From contig OZ219754.1 in assembly GCA_964291295.2 (NCBI GenBank), forward strand, positions 2,912,001 through 2,976,000: DNA of 64,000 nt, written 5' to 3'. Source of the DNA: an uncultured Candidatus Binatia bacterium (GTDB lineage Bacteria > Desulfobacterota > Binatia > UBA9968 > JAJDTQ01). Shown here piece by piece: positions 40,729 through 51,036 of the stretch; positions within the stretch are counted from its first letter, which is position 1; each line of letters opens with the position of its first letter. The notes under the pieces are model-generated. The model was given only the letters and a program-made list of their open reading frames with translations. It was not told the DNA's origin and did not search any database. A program made the translations under genes and the position numbers.

Positions 40729-41118
40729 TCAGGTCTTCTGGTACATGCCTCGCCCCATGCGCCTGATCCGGCCATCCTTGGACCACCGTACCACTACCTG
40801 CCGGAGATAGGCCCTGGGCTTCTCGCTCGCCGTCTTGTTGGCGCCCACGGTGTCGAGAGTGAACTCCTTCGGCAAGGTGTCGAAAATCGCGTTCCAGTCG
40901 ATCATGGCGCCGCGAGGCCCCCGTCTCTGCACCTGTCCGGAGCGGGCGGGCCGGCCGCGCCGGCGGCGCGGTTCTCGACCTCCATCCAGCATGTCGTAGA
41001 TGATCTCATGCCGCTTGATATCGTCCCGGAGCGTGGCCACCCGCGCGGTGGCCGCCGCCAGTTCCTTCTTCAACAGATCGATCTGCTGCCTGACACTTAC
41101 CTTCAGAGCCAAGGCCAT
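40729..41118 (-). CDS. Small basic putative DNA-binding protein (coiled coil + AT-hook + winged-helix-like C-terminus)
   Basis: Strong SD AAGGAGG; heptad N-terminus; RRRRGRPAR; C-terminal GRIRRMGRGMY. Confidence 0.7.
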   Translation of the reverse strand: MALALKVSVRQQIDLLKKELAAATARVATLRDDIKRHEIIYDMLDGGREPRRRRGRPARSGQVQRRGPRGAMIDWNAIFDTLPKEFTLDTVGANKTASEKPRAYLRQVVVRWSKDGRIRRMGRGMYQKT

Positions 41119-41271
41119 CTTTCCTCCTTGCTTCCCCCTTGCTTGAGCAATGCCATCCTAGTTAGCACGCCATTTCACAAATCACAATTGGCAAATCATC
41201 GCGACTCCATCGATTGCATCCACCCATGGACCCGTGATGGACTCCTTCGTGATCCACTCCATGCCAACGGC

Positions 41272-41300
41272 TTCGCAAATGCCGATCCCTGTGATATCAT
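41272..41300 (+). promoter_or_regulatory. Putative sigma70 promoter of rpmB
   Basis: TTCGCA-17 nt-TATCAT with extended TG. Confidence 0.55.
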
Positions 41301-41395
41301 CCCCGAATTGAAGTCGAACGTGCAGTCACGTGCAGTCGAACGCGGCCTCGCCAGCGGTGAGGCCGAACCCATCGAAAGGACTCGGGACGGCAGCC

Positions 41396-41587
41396 ATGGC
41401 CAGAAAATGCTCCATCTGCGGCAAGGGACCCGCCGTCGGGAACAACGTCAGCCACGCCAACAACAAGACCCGCCGCCGCTGGCTGCCGAACCTCCAGCAG
41501 GTTCGAGCACGGCTGAACGGCGCCGTCCGGCGCATACGCGTCTGTACCCGGTGTCTGCGCTCCGGCAAGGTCGAAAAGGTCGCGTGA
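41396..41587 (+). CDS. rpmB: 50S ribosomal protein L28 (Cys-containing form)
   Basis: [10 protein letters not shown]...[20 protein letters not shown]...CTRCLRSG. Confidence 0.96.
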   Translation: MARKCSICGKGPAVGNNVSHANNKTRRRWLPNLQQVRARLNGAVRRIRVCTRCLRSGKVEKVA

Positions 41588-41619
41588 GTTCGCATCCGGC
41601 CGGCACCGGAAACGACCCC

Positions 41620-43824
41620 TTACACCTGCACCCGATTCGCCTGGTACACTCCCTTCACGCTGGAGATGCCCGCCAGCACCCGCCGCAGTTGATCGGAGCT
41701 TCCGATCATGATCTCGAACGTGTTGACTGCCTTGTCGTCGAACGTGCGTATGTGCGCGCGAGCGATGTTGACGCCCGCATCCGATATGACCGAACTGATG
41801 GCCGCCAGCAGGCCGGGCTTGTCCGCGCAGTTCACCTCGATCTTCACCGCCCGGGGCATCTTCACGTCCTCCGACCAGTTCACCTCCACCCTTCTCCCGG
41901 GATCGGCCTCGAGTCCCGTGGGACAGTGCGCCACGTGCACGGTCACGCCCCGCCGGCGGGTGATGATCCCGGCGATCTTCTCGCCGGGCAGTGGATGGCA
42001 GCAGCGTGCGAAGCGCACCAGCACGTCCTTGATGCCCTTGACCCGCACTCCCCGGTCCCGTGAGCCGACCAGCCGGAAGAGCCGTTCGAGACCGCCTTCG
42101 AACTGCTTCTTGTCGTCCTTGAGCTCCTCCGCCGGCAGCAGCCTGGCCAGGATCTGGCGCGGCATCAGCTTGCCGTAGCCGACGCTGGCCAGGAGCCCCT
42201 CCTCGTTCCGGACCCCGAGTTCCTTCCCCAGCGTGTCGATGCGCCCCTCATCCTGGAGATGCGGGTAGTTCAATCCGTGGCGGCCAAAGTCGCCTTCGAG
42301 AATCTCCCGCCCCAGCGCCACGCTCCGCTCCCGCTGCTGCGACGCCATCCACGCCCGGATCCGGGACTTGGCCCGGGGGGTCTTGGCCACCTTCAGCCAG
42401 TCCCGGCTCGGCGTCTGCTCCTGCGTGGTGATGATCTCCACCGTATCGCCACTCCTGAGGATGTACTTGAAGGGCACCAGCCGGCCGTTCACGCGCGCAC
42501 CCGAGCAGTGCTGCCCGATGTCGGAGTGGATCCGGTAAGCGAAATCGACGACCGTCGCGGCCTTGGGAAAGACCTGCAGGTCGCCTTTGGGCGTGAAGAC
42601 GTAGAGTTCGTCCGGGAACAGGTCCTCCTTGATGCTGTGGAGGAACTCCTGCGGGTCGGACAGGTTCTGCTGCCATTCGAGGAGCTGCCGCAGCCATGCG
42701 AACCGCTGCATGTCCGTCACCTGCAGATCCTTGCCCTTCTTGTAGCGCCAATGGGAGGCGATCCCCTCCTCGGCCACCCGGTGCATCTCCTGGGTGCGAA
42801 TCTGTATCTCGATGCGCTGGGCGTTGGGGCCGATGACGGTGGTGTGCAGCGACTGGTACATGTTGGGCTTGGCCAGCGCGATGTAGTCCTTGAACCGCCC
42901 CGGCACCGGCCGCCACTTGGAATGGACCACGCCCAGGGACTCGTAACACTCCCGAACCGTGTCCACCACGATGCGGAAGGCCACGAGGTCGTAGACCTGC
43001 CCGAAGTCCAGGCTCTGGATCTCCATCTTCTTGAAGATGCTGTAGAAGTGCTTGGGCCGGCCGCTCACTTCGGCGTCGATGCCCTCTTCCGCCAGCGCCT
43101 TGCCGAGCCGCGTGATGACGTCCTTGGTGTACTTCTCCCGGTGCTTCTTCTTCTGAGCCACATCGCCCTTGAGCTGTGCGTAGACCTCCGGGCTCAGGTG
43201 CTTGAGGGCCAGATCCTCGAGTTCGCTCTTGATCCAGTAGATCCCCAGCCGGTGAGCGATGGGAGCGTAGATGTCCAGGGTCTCCTGGGCGATGCGCCGC
43301 TGCTTCTCCGCCGACAGATACTGCAGCGTGCGCATGTTGTGGGTACGGTCGGCCAGCTTGATCAGGACCACGCGGATGTCCTTGGCCATGGCCAGGATCA
43401 TCTTCCGGAAATTCTCGGCCTGCTTCTCCTCGTGGCTGGTGAAATCGACGCGGCTCAACTTGGTGACGCCGTCCACCAGGGCCGCGACTTCCTCGCCGAA
43501 GGTCTTCTCGATCTCCGGCAGCGTGGTCAGGGTGTCCTCGACGGTGTCGTGCAGCAGCCCGCCGATAATGCTGGGAAGGTCCAGCTTCAGGTCCGCCAGC
43601 ACCTCGGCCACGGCCACCGGATGGACCAGATAGGGCTCGCCGGACAACCGCCTCTGGCCATCGTGCACCGCCGACGAAAACCGGTACGCCTCGCGCAACT
43701 GGCCGACGTCGGCCCCCGGCTGGTACCGCAGCACCTTTTCCGCCAGATCGTTGAGGGCGCTGTCGGGTCCGGCGCCCCTGGCCCGGCGCCGGGGTCTTAC
43801 CGCGGTCTCGGGATGTACCTGCAA
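41620..43824 (-). CDS. rel: Bifunctional (p)ppGpp synthetase/hydrolase Rel
   Basis: HD motif LHDTVED, RFKDY, YQSLHT, TGS, CC and ACT domains. Confidence 0.95.
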   Translation of the reverse strand: MQVHPETAVRPRRRARGAGPDSALNDLAEKVLRYQPGADVGQLREAYRFSSAVHDGQRRLSGEPYLVHPVAVAEVLADLKLDLPSIIGGLLHDTVEDTLTTLPEIEKTFGEEVAALVDGVTKLSRVDFTSHEEKQAENFRKMILAMAKDIRVVLIKLADRTHNMRTLQYLSAEKQRRIAQETLDIYAPIAHRLGIYWIKSELEDLALKHLSPEVYAQLKGDVAQKKKHREKYTKDVITRLGKALAEEGIDAEVSGRPKHFYSIFKKMEIQSLDFGQVYDLVAFRIVVDTVRECYESLGVVHSKWRPVPGRFKDYIALAKPNMYQSLHTTVIGPNAQRIEIQIRTQEMHRVAEEGIASHWRYKKGKDLQVTDMQRFAWLRQLLEWQQNLSDPQEFLHSIKEDLFPDELYVFTPKGDLQVFPKAATVVDFAYRIHSDIGQHCSGARVNGRLVPFKYILRSGDTVEIITTQEQTPSRDWLKVAKTPRAKSRIRAWMASQQRERSVALGREILEGDFGRHGLNYPHLQDEGRIDTLGKELGVRNEEGLLASVGYGKLMPRQILARLLPAEELKDDKKQFEGGLERLFRLVGSRDRGVRVKGIKDVLVRFARCCHPLPGEKIAGIITRRRGVTVHVAHCPTGLEADPGRRVEVNWSEDVKMPRAVKIEVNCADKPGLLAAISSVISDAGVNIARAHIRTFDDKAVNTFEIMIGSSDQLRRVLAGISSVKGVYQANRVQV

Positions 43825-44420
43825 ATCTTGAGCCTTTCAGCGGCAATGATGGCGGCCAGCCGCGTCACCGCGTCCTTCACGTCACGGTTGACGATGACGT
43901 AATCATACCCCTGAATCTCCTGAATTTCATGCCGTGCGTTGTGCCAGCGCTGCGCGATGGTCGCGCGCGCGTCCGTGCCCCGGCGGGCCAGGCGGCGACG
44001 CAGTTCGTCGAGCGACGGCGGCAACACGAACGTCGCCACGGCGCTGGCGAAGTGCTGCTTGATCTGACGCGCCCCCTGGACATCGATGTCCAGCAACACG
44101 TCCCGGCCGCGCCGCAACTGGCTTTCGAGCAACCGGCGGGGGGTGCCGTACAGTTGCCCGTGCACCTCGGCCCATTCGGCGAAGGCTCCGGTCGCAAGCC
44201 GCCGCCGAAAGACCGCCTCCGTCACGAAGTGATAGTCCTTGCCCGGCGCCTCCCCGACCCGGGGCGGCCGCGTCGTGCAGGACACGGACAGGCTCATCTC
44301 CGGATAGATGCTCAGGACCTTTCGGGTCAATGTCGTCTTGCCCGCCCCCGAAGGCGCCGAGACGATGAAAACGATGCCGGAACGGCGTCTGCTGGCAAAG
44401 CTGCGGATGGAGACTGTCAT
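43797..44420 (-). CDS. gmk: Guanylate kinase
   Basis: SAPSGAGKTT, TTRPPRVGE, YGT, DIDVQGA. Confidence 0.95.
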   Translation of the reverse strand: MTVSIRSFASRRRSGIVFIVSAPSGAGKTTLTRKVLSIYPEMSLSVSCTTRPPRVGEAPGKDYHFVTEAVFRRRLATGAFAEWAEVHGQLYGTPRRLLESQLRRGRDVLLDIDVQGARQIKQHFASAVATFVLPPSLDELRRRLARRGTDARATIAQRWHNARHEIQEIQGYDYVIVNRDVKDAVTRLAAIIAAERLKICRYIPRPR

Positions 44421-45247
44421 TCGACGTTCTGGACTTGTTCGCGAATCTTCTCCACGCTTTCCTTGCCCTCCAGCACCACCCGGATCACGTCGAGCTGCGG
44501 CGCCTTGGCGCCCACGGTGGTGAGTTCGCGCTGCACCTCCTGGAGCAGGAAGTCGATCTTTTTCCCCACCGGCTCCCGTTCGCGCATCAAGCCGGCGAGG
44601 GCTTCCACGTGGCTGCCCAGCCGGACCACTTCCTCGTTGATGCTGCCCTTGAAGGAACCGCCGCCGGCATCGCCGCCGCTGTTGGCGCCCTGTTCCTGAA
44701 GCCGCTGGTCGATGACTGCGGCGCGACGCCCCAGACGCCGGGCCACGCGAGTCAGCAGACGTGCCTCCGCCACCATGTTGCGCTTGAGGTTGCGGCCCTC
44801 CCGGTCCCGTGACCGGGTGAGATGGGTCAGAGCCGCCTGCAGCGCCCGCAGCACCAGCTCCTTCTCGCTTCCCTCGATCTGCTCCGGTTCCTTGAACTGA
44901 AACAGGTCCGGCAGGCGCGGCAGCAGTTGAAGATCCACGTCTCCCTGCAGGCCGAAGCGTTTCTTGATGCCTTGCAGGGCCTCGCAGTACTGCGCCACGA
45001 GGGTGTCGTCCACCTCCAGCCGGCAGCCGCGCCCCTTGAGCGGCGTACGCTCGACAAAGACGTCCGTACGGCCCCGATGGACCTTCGTCCGCGTCTGTTC
45101 GCGCAACTCGCCCTCGAGGCTCATGTAGAGCCTGGGGACCCGCAGATGCACGTCCGCATGCCGGTGGTTGACGCTGCGGATCTGTACGGAAACCTTGACC
45201 TGCCTGTCCTGGCGTATGGCCTGGCCATAACCGGTCATGCTTCTCAT
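44417..45247 (-). CDS. yicC: YicC/YloC family endoribonuclease
   Basis: MRSMTGYG, SVNHR, GKKIDFLLQE, EKIREQVQNVE. Confidence 0.92.
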   Translation of the reverse strand: MRSMTGYGQAIRQDRQVKVSVQIRSVNHRHADVHLRVPRLYMSLEGELREQTRTKVHRGRTDVFVERTPLKGRGCRLEVDDTLVAQYCEALQGIKKRFGLQGDVDLQLLPRLPDLFQFKEPEQIEGSEKELVLRALQAALTHLTRSRDREGRNLKRNMVAEARLLTRVARRLGRRAAVIDQRLQEQGANSGGDAGGGSFKGSINEEVVRLGSHVEALAGLMREREPVGKKIDFLLQEVQRELTTVGAKAPQLDVIRVVLEGKESVEKIREQVQNVE

Positions 45248-45288
45248 GCGCCCTTCGCTTCCTTCAAGAAATCTTCACACCACTCGCG

Positions 45289-47976
45289 CTATGGCGCCTG
45301 CAAGGCCTGGAGCGACTGCTCGAGCTGACGCAGGGCGTCGCCGAAGCCGGCCCAGTCGCCGGCCTTGAGACGTTCCATGGAACGCCGGTAATGCTGGAGG
45401 GCCTGAGTCCGAAGATCGCCCCCGGCTTCCGGCACCGCCACGGTCCGCACCGCCGGGGCGGCCGCCGCCGGATCCTCGGCGGCGTCGCCGAAGAGCTCGT
45501 TCAGAGCGTCCTCGAGATTGTCCCGCATGGCGATGCGGTTGCCGAACACGGTGACCACCCGCTTGAGCTCGGGCAACGACCCCTGCTCCGCGGCCAGATA
45601 GAGGGACTGGACGTACAGCAGCGAGTCCTGGATGGGAATGGCCAGCAGGCTGCCGCGGATCACCTGCGAACCGCGCTGGCCCCACAGGCTCAACTGCTGC
45701 GAGATGTAGGCGTCCTGATCGATGCGGGCATCGATCTGATTGGGGCCGTAGATGAGCTTGGCCTTGGGGAAGTTGAGCGCCAGCAGCTTGCCGTAGTGCG
45801 TGCCGTCGCTGCGGGCGGCGAGCCATGCCCGCATGTTGTCGCGGTTGTTGGGAGTGAACGGCAGGAGCAGCACGAACTCCTCCCTGGCCTCCCCGGGCAG
45901 ACGCATGATGGTGTAGTAGGGCTCCATCTCCCGGTCTTCCTCGCCCACCTTTCTGAAGGGGATGCTCAGGAGGTCTTCCTTGTTGTAGAAGACCTGCGGA
46001 TCCCGCATGTGATAGGTCGCGTACATCCGCGCCTGCACCTTGAAGAGGTCCTGTGGATAGCGGACATGGGAACGCAGCGCCTCCGGCATCGCCGCCATCG
46101 GCTTGAACAGCCCCGGAAATCCGTTGGCGTAGGCCTTCACCACCGGATCCACGGCATCGGCGATGTAGAAGTCCACGGTGCCGTTGTAGGCGTCCACCAC
46201 CGTCTTCACCGAATTGCGGATATAGTTGCCGACCCCCTCGGTGGGCTCGGAATACGGATAGCGTTCCGACGTGGTGTAACCGTCGACAATCCAGAAGAGC
46301 CGCCCGTCGGGGGTCACGACGAGATAGGGGTCCTCGTCGAAATCGAGAAACGGCGCCAGCTTCCGGATCCGGTCCTGGATCCTGCGGTGGTAGAGAATGC
46401 GGCTCTCCGGCGTGATGTCGTTGGAAAGGGAGATCCGCAACGTGGCAAAGCGGGCCGAATAGAGAAGCTTGCGCCAGAACGACTGCAGCGGCACCCCTCC
46501 CGTACCGTCGTAGGTGGTGTAGATGTTTCGATCCCCGGCCGGATAGTCCAGCTCCTGGGCCAGCGTCTTCACGAACACGTAGTCGTTGGCCACCTCGCCG
46601 TAGTAGATTCCCGGACGGGTCACCTTGATGAAACCGTCGGACACCGGCGGGATGTCCTTGACGAAGAACTCGGGCAGCCCCTCCTTGCTGATCTGGTTCA
46701 CCGGGCTGTACACCACCCCGTAGCCGTGGGTGTACACCAGATGTTCGTTGATCCAGATGCGGCTGGGAAGCTGTTCGTGGGAGAGTTCGCGGGCCGAGAG
46801 CATCACCTGCCGGTAGCTCCCGTCGATCTTGTAGCGGTCCGTGTCCACATCGAGGAACTCGTAGTAGGTGCGGATCTGCTGAAGCTGCGCGTAGGTCGAC
46901 AGCAGCGGCTCGTAGTTCCACAGCCGGATGTTCTTGACCGTGGCATCGTTCTGCCTGAGGTCGTCCGCGGTCAGCATCTCGTCGACCGGAAACTCCTGGG
47001 CGTCCACCCGGTCGAGGCCGTAGGCGTGCCGCGTGGAGCGGATATTGCGCTGGATATAAGGCGTCTCCGCCACCAGCTCGTTGGGCACGACGTGAAACTG
47101 CTGCAGGAACGAGGGGTAGGCATACAGTCCCACCAGATGGACCGCGGCCAGGGAGCCCAGCCCGATCACGAGATACCTGAGCCCGACCCACCGCATCTGC
47201 AACAGGCAGAGGAGGGACACGGCGGCCGCCACCACCGCCAGCACCCGCAGCGCCGGAAGCCTGGCGTGTATGTCCGTGTAGCCGGCGCCGAACACGACGC
47301 CGGCCTGCGAGTAGAGCAGCTTGTAGGCATCGAGCAGATAGCCGCCGCACTGGACCAGCAGCAACAGGGCCAGCAGCACCGACAGGTGGACCTTGGCGGA
47401 GCGGTGCACGAACAGGCCGTTCTCCGAGTACTGGATGCCGCCGTAAAGGAAATAGATGAACGAACTCGCCACCAGCATCAGTCCCAGCGACACCAGAAAC
47501 CACCGGTAGAGCGCCTCCAGCGCGGGCAGACGGAAGATGTAGAAACCGATGTCCTTGCCCAGCAGCGGTTCCTGGATGCCGAACGGAAGGCCGTTGAAGT
47601 ACAGCAGCGCGGACTCCCAGTGCATGGCCGCCTGGGGCGCGGCCAGGAAGCCCAGCACCAGCGCCACGGGCAGCAGCAGGCGCCGGATCAAAGGATCCAG
47701 ATCTTCCGGACCCGGAACCTCCGGATTCCGGCTCTGGAGCGGCACCACGCCGTCCCGAAGCCGGGCCGCGAGCTTGATGTTGACGTAGAAGAGCGCGAAG
47801 AAGAGCAGCCCCGAGATCACCCCCAGCAGCACCTTGATCCACAGGGTCTTGGTGAACACGCCGGCATAGCCGATCTCCCGGAACCAGAGATAGTCGGTAA
47901 AGAGATAGATGGCCTCGCCCACGAGCGAGAACAGCAGAAACGCGCCAAGCGCGATCAAGCCGATGGATTTTCTCAT
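45289..47976 (-). CDS. UPF0182 family membrane protein
   Basis: WFREIGY, DIGFYIFRLP, NIRLW, YTHGYG, NYIRNSVK. Confidence 0.9.
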   Translation of the reverse strand: MRKSIGLIALGAFLLFSLVGEAIYLFTDYLWFREIGYAGVFTKTLWIKVLLGVISGLLFFALFYVNIKLAARLRDGVVPLQSRNPEVPGPEDLDPLIRRLLLPVALVLGFLAAPQAAMHWESALLYFNGLPFGIQEPLLGKDIGFYIFRLPALEALYRWFLVSLGLMLVASSFIYFLYGGIQYSENGLFVHRSAKVHLSVLLALLLLVQCGGYLLDAYKLLYSQAGVVFGAGYTDIHARLPALRVLAVVAAAVSLLCLLQMRWVGLRYLVIGLGSLAAVHLVGLYAYPSFLQQFHVVPNELVAETPYIQRNIRSTRHAYGLDRVDAQEFPVDEMLTADDLRQNDATVKNIRLWNYEPLLSTYAQLQQIRTYYEFLDVDTDRYKIDGSYRQVMLSARELSHEQLPSRIWINEHLVYTHGYGVVYSPVNQISKEGLPEFFVKDIPPVSDGFIKVTRPGIYYGEVANDYVFVKTLAQELDYPAGDRNIYTTYDGTGGVPLQSFWRKLLYSARFATLRISLSNDITPESRILYHRRIQDRIRKLAPFLDFDEDPYLVVTPDGRLFWIVDGYTTSERYPYSEPTEGVGNYIRNSVKTVVDAYNGTVDFYIADAVDPVVKAYANGFPGLFKPMAAMPEALRSHVRYPQDLFKVQARMYATYHMRDPQVFYNKEDLLSIPFRKVGEEDREMEPYYTIMRLPGEAREEFVLLLPFTPNNRDNMRAWLAARSDGTHYGKLLALNFPKAKLIYGPNQIDARIDQDAYISQQLSLWGQRGSQVIRGSLLAIPIQDSLLYVQSLYLAAEQGSLPELKRVVTVFGNRIAMRDNLEDALNELFGDAAEDPAAAAPAVRTVAVPEAGGDLRTQALQHYRRSMERLKAGDWAGFGDALRQLEQSLQALQAP

Positions 47977-48001
47977 GGAATCCGGATCCTTTTCGGGTGC
48001 C

Positions 48002-49651
48002 TCAGGAGAGCGCGCCCTTGTGGGAATACTCGATCTCCGCGCTGGTGATGATCTCCAGCAACGCCGCCCGCCCCTCCTCGGTGGCCCGCCGGGCCCGCAC
48101 GATGGCCGGACCCACCTGGCCGGGTTCTTCCACCCGCTCGGCCCAACCCCCCATGGCCCGGGCCATGTCGGCGTAGTGGCCGCCCAGATCCCGGGTGCCG
48201 TAAAGCTCGTGCGACAACGCCATGTGACGCGTCTCCACCGCCATGGTGGCGTTGTTGAGCACCACGGTCAGGATCGGGATATTGCAGCGCACCGCCGTCT
48301 CGAAGTCCAGCCCGGTCATGCCGAAGGCGGCATCGCCCATGAAGTTCACCACGAACTTCTCCGGTGCCGCCAGCTTGGCCCCCAGATTCAGCCCCAGGCC
48401 GGTGCCCAGCCCGTGGGACTTGCCCCATCCCAGGTAGGAGCGCGGACCCGCGGACCGGTAGAACGGCATGAGCTGGTCCCGGGGGCTGCCGGAATCGTGG
48501 GTCACGATGGCTTCCGCCGGATCCACGGCGTTGACGAACTCCGAGACGACCCGATAGGGATTGATGGGCACCGCGTCGGAGGTGAGCTTCGCGTTCCAGT
48601 CCCGCAACCACGCCGCGCGCATCGCGGCGATCTCCGCCGCGGGGGAGCGGTCGCTCCTGCACTTGCCGTTCAGGAGCTCCCTGACGGCGGCGATGAACTG
48701 CCGCAGGACGAGCCTGGCGTCGCCGATGACCGGAAAGTCGACGTCGTAGTTCTTGCCGATGTCGATGGGATCGTCTGTTGCCTGGATGAGCGTCTTGCCC
48801 GCCGGGATGGGCGCGGTCATGGAGTGTCGGGTCAGGCTTGTGCCCACCGCGAAGACCAGGTCGGCCTTTTTCAGAAAGTGGTAGACCGGCCGGTTCATGA
48901 CCCCGGACGCGCTCCCCAGCGACAGCGGGTGCGTCTCGGGAAACGCGCTCTTGCCGCCCATGGTGGTGACCACGGGAATGCAGGCAAGCTCCGCCAGCTC
49001 CAGCAACTCGGGTGCCGCCTCGGCATAAAGCACCCCTTGGCCGGCATGGATCACCGGACCCCGGGCTTCGAGCAACGCCCGGGCCGCCGCCATGACGTCC
49101 GCCGGGTCCGCTTCCCCCACCGCCGCCTTCACCGGCCGGTACGCTTCGATGACGCCGGCACCCACCTGCTCTTCCGCCACATCCGCCGGTATCTCCACCA
49201 TCACCGGACCCGGACGCCCCATCCTGAGCCTCGCGAAGGCCCGCCGCATGGTATCGACGACCCGGTCCGCCGTGGTGACCTGCTCCACGAACTTGGTCAC
49301 GGGAGCGTAGTTCCGGAGCGCGCTGAACTGGGGAAACACGCCGTCCCGTTCGCGGCTGTGGCCCAGCGGCAGCAGCAGCACCGGCACGGCGTCGGAAAAG
49401 GCCGTGGCCACTCCCGCATAGGCATTCTCGGCACCGGGGCCGAACTGCATGGCGAACACGCCTGGCGGCCTGCCGTTGGTCACCCTGCTGTAGCCGTCGG
49501 CGATCCCCACCCCCACCCGTTCCTGGCGGCAGATGATCGGCCGAATGCCGGCTTCGGCGGCCGCCTCGATGAGGTTCGTGGTCGGGAAGGCGCTCAGGTA
49601 CGGGATTCCCTCACGCTTCAGGATGCGGGCGATGACGTCCACCGTTCTCAT
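48002..49651 (-). CDS. Thiamine pyrophosphate-dependent enzyme (acetolactate synthase-like)
   Basis: RQERVGVGIADG, GPGAEN, GDAAFG...LNN ThDP motif. Confidence 0.88.
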   Translation of the reverse strand: MRTVDVIARILKREGIPYLSAFPTTNLIEAAAEAGIRPIICRQERVGVGIADGYSRVTNGRPPGVFAMQFGPGAENAYAGVATAFSDAVPVLLLPLGHSRERDGVFPQFSALRNYAPVTKFVEQVTTADRVVDTMRRAFARLRMGRPGPVMVEIPADVAEEQVGAGVIEAYRPVKAAVGEADPADVMAAARALLEARGPVIHAGQGVLYAEAAPELLELAELACIPVVTTMGGKSAFPETHPLSLGSASGVMNRPVYHFLKKADLVFAVGTSLTRHSMTAPIPAGKTLIQATDDPIDIGKNYDVDFPVIGDARLVLRQFIAAVRELLNGKCRSDRSPAAEIAAMRAAWLRDWNAKLTSDAVPINPYRVVSEFVNAVDPAEAIVTHDSGSPRDQLMPFYRSAGPRSYLGWGKSHGLGTGLGLNLGAKLAAPEKFVVNFMGDAAFGMTGLDFETAVRCNIPILTVVLNNATMAVETRHMALSHELYGTRDLGGHYADMARAMGGWAERVEEPGQVGPAIVRARRATEEGRAALLEIITSAEIEYSHKGALS

Positions 49652-50397
49652 GGCACCGGCGGCTCCCCTCTGCCCGCACCGCGCACCGGCAAGGCGAAAT
49701 CGCGGCAAAGGGCGTCCCAGGTGCCGAGTTCGGCCAAGGTGCGCAAGGTGTTCAGGGTCGGCGGGATGATGGCCATGCGTCCCCGTTCGGACCGCCGCAC
49801 GCCCTCCTCGGGAGTGACCCAGAGGCTCTCCGTCACCTCTTCCGACACGTCCAGGGGCACCTGCCCCTCCGGCAGCGGGGCCAGGAAGAACCGGGTATCG
49901 AACCGCATCGCATAGTGCTCGGGAGTGACCCGGTGATGGAAGTAGACGGGGCTCCCGACGTCGCAGTAGAGCCCTTCCGACGCCAGCAGCTCGGGAAAGC
50001 TCACCGCGCCGTTCCACACGGACTCGCGCCGGGCCACCACCCGTTCCCGGGCGTCCTCCGCCATCACGGCGCTCCCTTTCTCGTCCACGCACAGCAGCAC
50101 GCCCACCTCCTCGTACAATTCCCGGACCGCGGCCACCCAGTGGCCGAAGGCGTCCTCGGCGCTCAACTCGTCTCCCAGCCGTGCGCGCGCATCCGCGGGC
50201 GACAGGCCGCGGCACAGTTCCCGCATGGCGGGGGCGGCGTCGGCACGCTTGACGCTGCCCCCGGGAAAGACGAAGAAGCCGCCCAGAAAACGCATTTCCC
50301 GCGGCCGCCGCGTCATGCAGATCTCGAAGGCGCCGTCTCCCGACGGGCGTACCAGTACGAGGGTGGAGGCTCTCCTGGGAATGGCTTTTTCCCGCAT
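49648..50397 (-). CDS. NUDIX hydrolase (NUDT19-like)
   Basis: VFPGG, AVRELYEEVG, RFDTRFF, PPT. Confidence 0.85.
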   Translation of the reverse strand: MREKAIPRRASTLVLVRPSGDGAFEICMTRRPREMRFLGGFFVFPGGSVKRADAAPAMRELCRGLSPADARARLGDELSAEDAFGHWVAAVRELYEEVGVLLCVDEKGSAVMAEDARERVVARRESVWNGAVSFPELLASEGLYCDVGSPVYFHHRVTPEHYAMRFDTRFFLAPLPEGQVPLDVSEEVTESLWVTPEEGVRRSERGRMAIIPPTLNTLRTLAELGTWDALCRDFALPVRGAGRGEPPVP

Positions 50398-50403
50398 GGA
50401 ATC

Positions 50404-51036
50404 TCAGCGCCCGGCAGGCTGACCCCGAAGCTTCGCCACCAGGGACTCGTAGGAGGTCCGGTTGATCACGCGACTGAACTGCGCACGATAGTTGTTGACC
50501 ACGCTGACATTCTCGACGACCACGTCATAGATGCGCCATTCGGCCGTGTCACCGACGCGGTGGAGGCGGTAGGCGACGTCGAACCGGCGTCCTTCATCGT
50601 CCACGATCCGGGTATCGACCCGGGCGAAGCGCCCGTCGATCTCTTCACCGACGACATGCACGCGCTGGCCCTTGTACGCGGAGATGCGGCTCGCGTACGT
50701 CCGTTCCAGGAAGCGGGTAAAGATCCGGACGAACTCCTGGCGCTGTTCCGGAGTGCGGCGGCGCCAGTGGGCGCCCAGCGACCGCCGGGCCATCTCGGGA
50801 AAGTCGAAGAGCGGCAGGATGCTTGCCCGGAGGCGTTCGGACTTCGTGCGATCTTCAAGCTTCGAGTCACCGAGTATGGAGACGCCGAGCCGCAGCGCCT
50901 TCTCGATTTCACGCGCCGGACCGTCCGCCGCCGCCGCCATGGAGCCGGAACCACCCGCCACCAGCAGGAATGCGCAGAGCCACAACCGCCCGGAGCCCCA
51001 GCCTGCAGTGATTTTCTGCGCGAATCTCCGTCTCAT
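50404..51036 (-). CDS. mlaC: MlaC/Ttg2D phospholipid-binding periplasmic protein
   Basis: FDFPEMARRSLG, WRIYDVVVENVSVVNNYRAQF; signal peptide; start 51036-51066. Confidence 0.85.
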   Translation of the reverse strand: MRRRFAQKITAGWGSGRLWLCAFLLVAGGSGSMAAAADGPAREIEKALRLGVSILGDSKLEDRTKSERLRASILPLFDFPEMARRSLGAHWRRRTPEQRQEFVRIFTRFLERTYASRISAYKGQRVHVVGEEIDGRFARVDTRIVDDEGRRFDVAYRLHRVGDTAEWRIYDVVVENVSVVNNYRAQFSRVINRTSYESLVAKLRGQPAGR

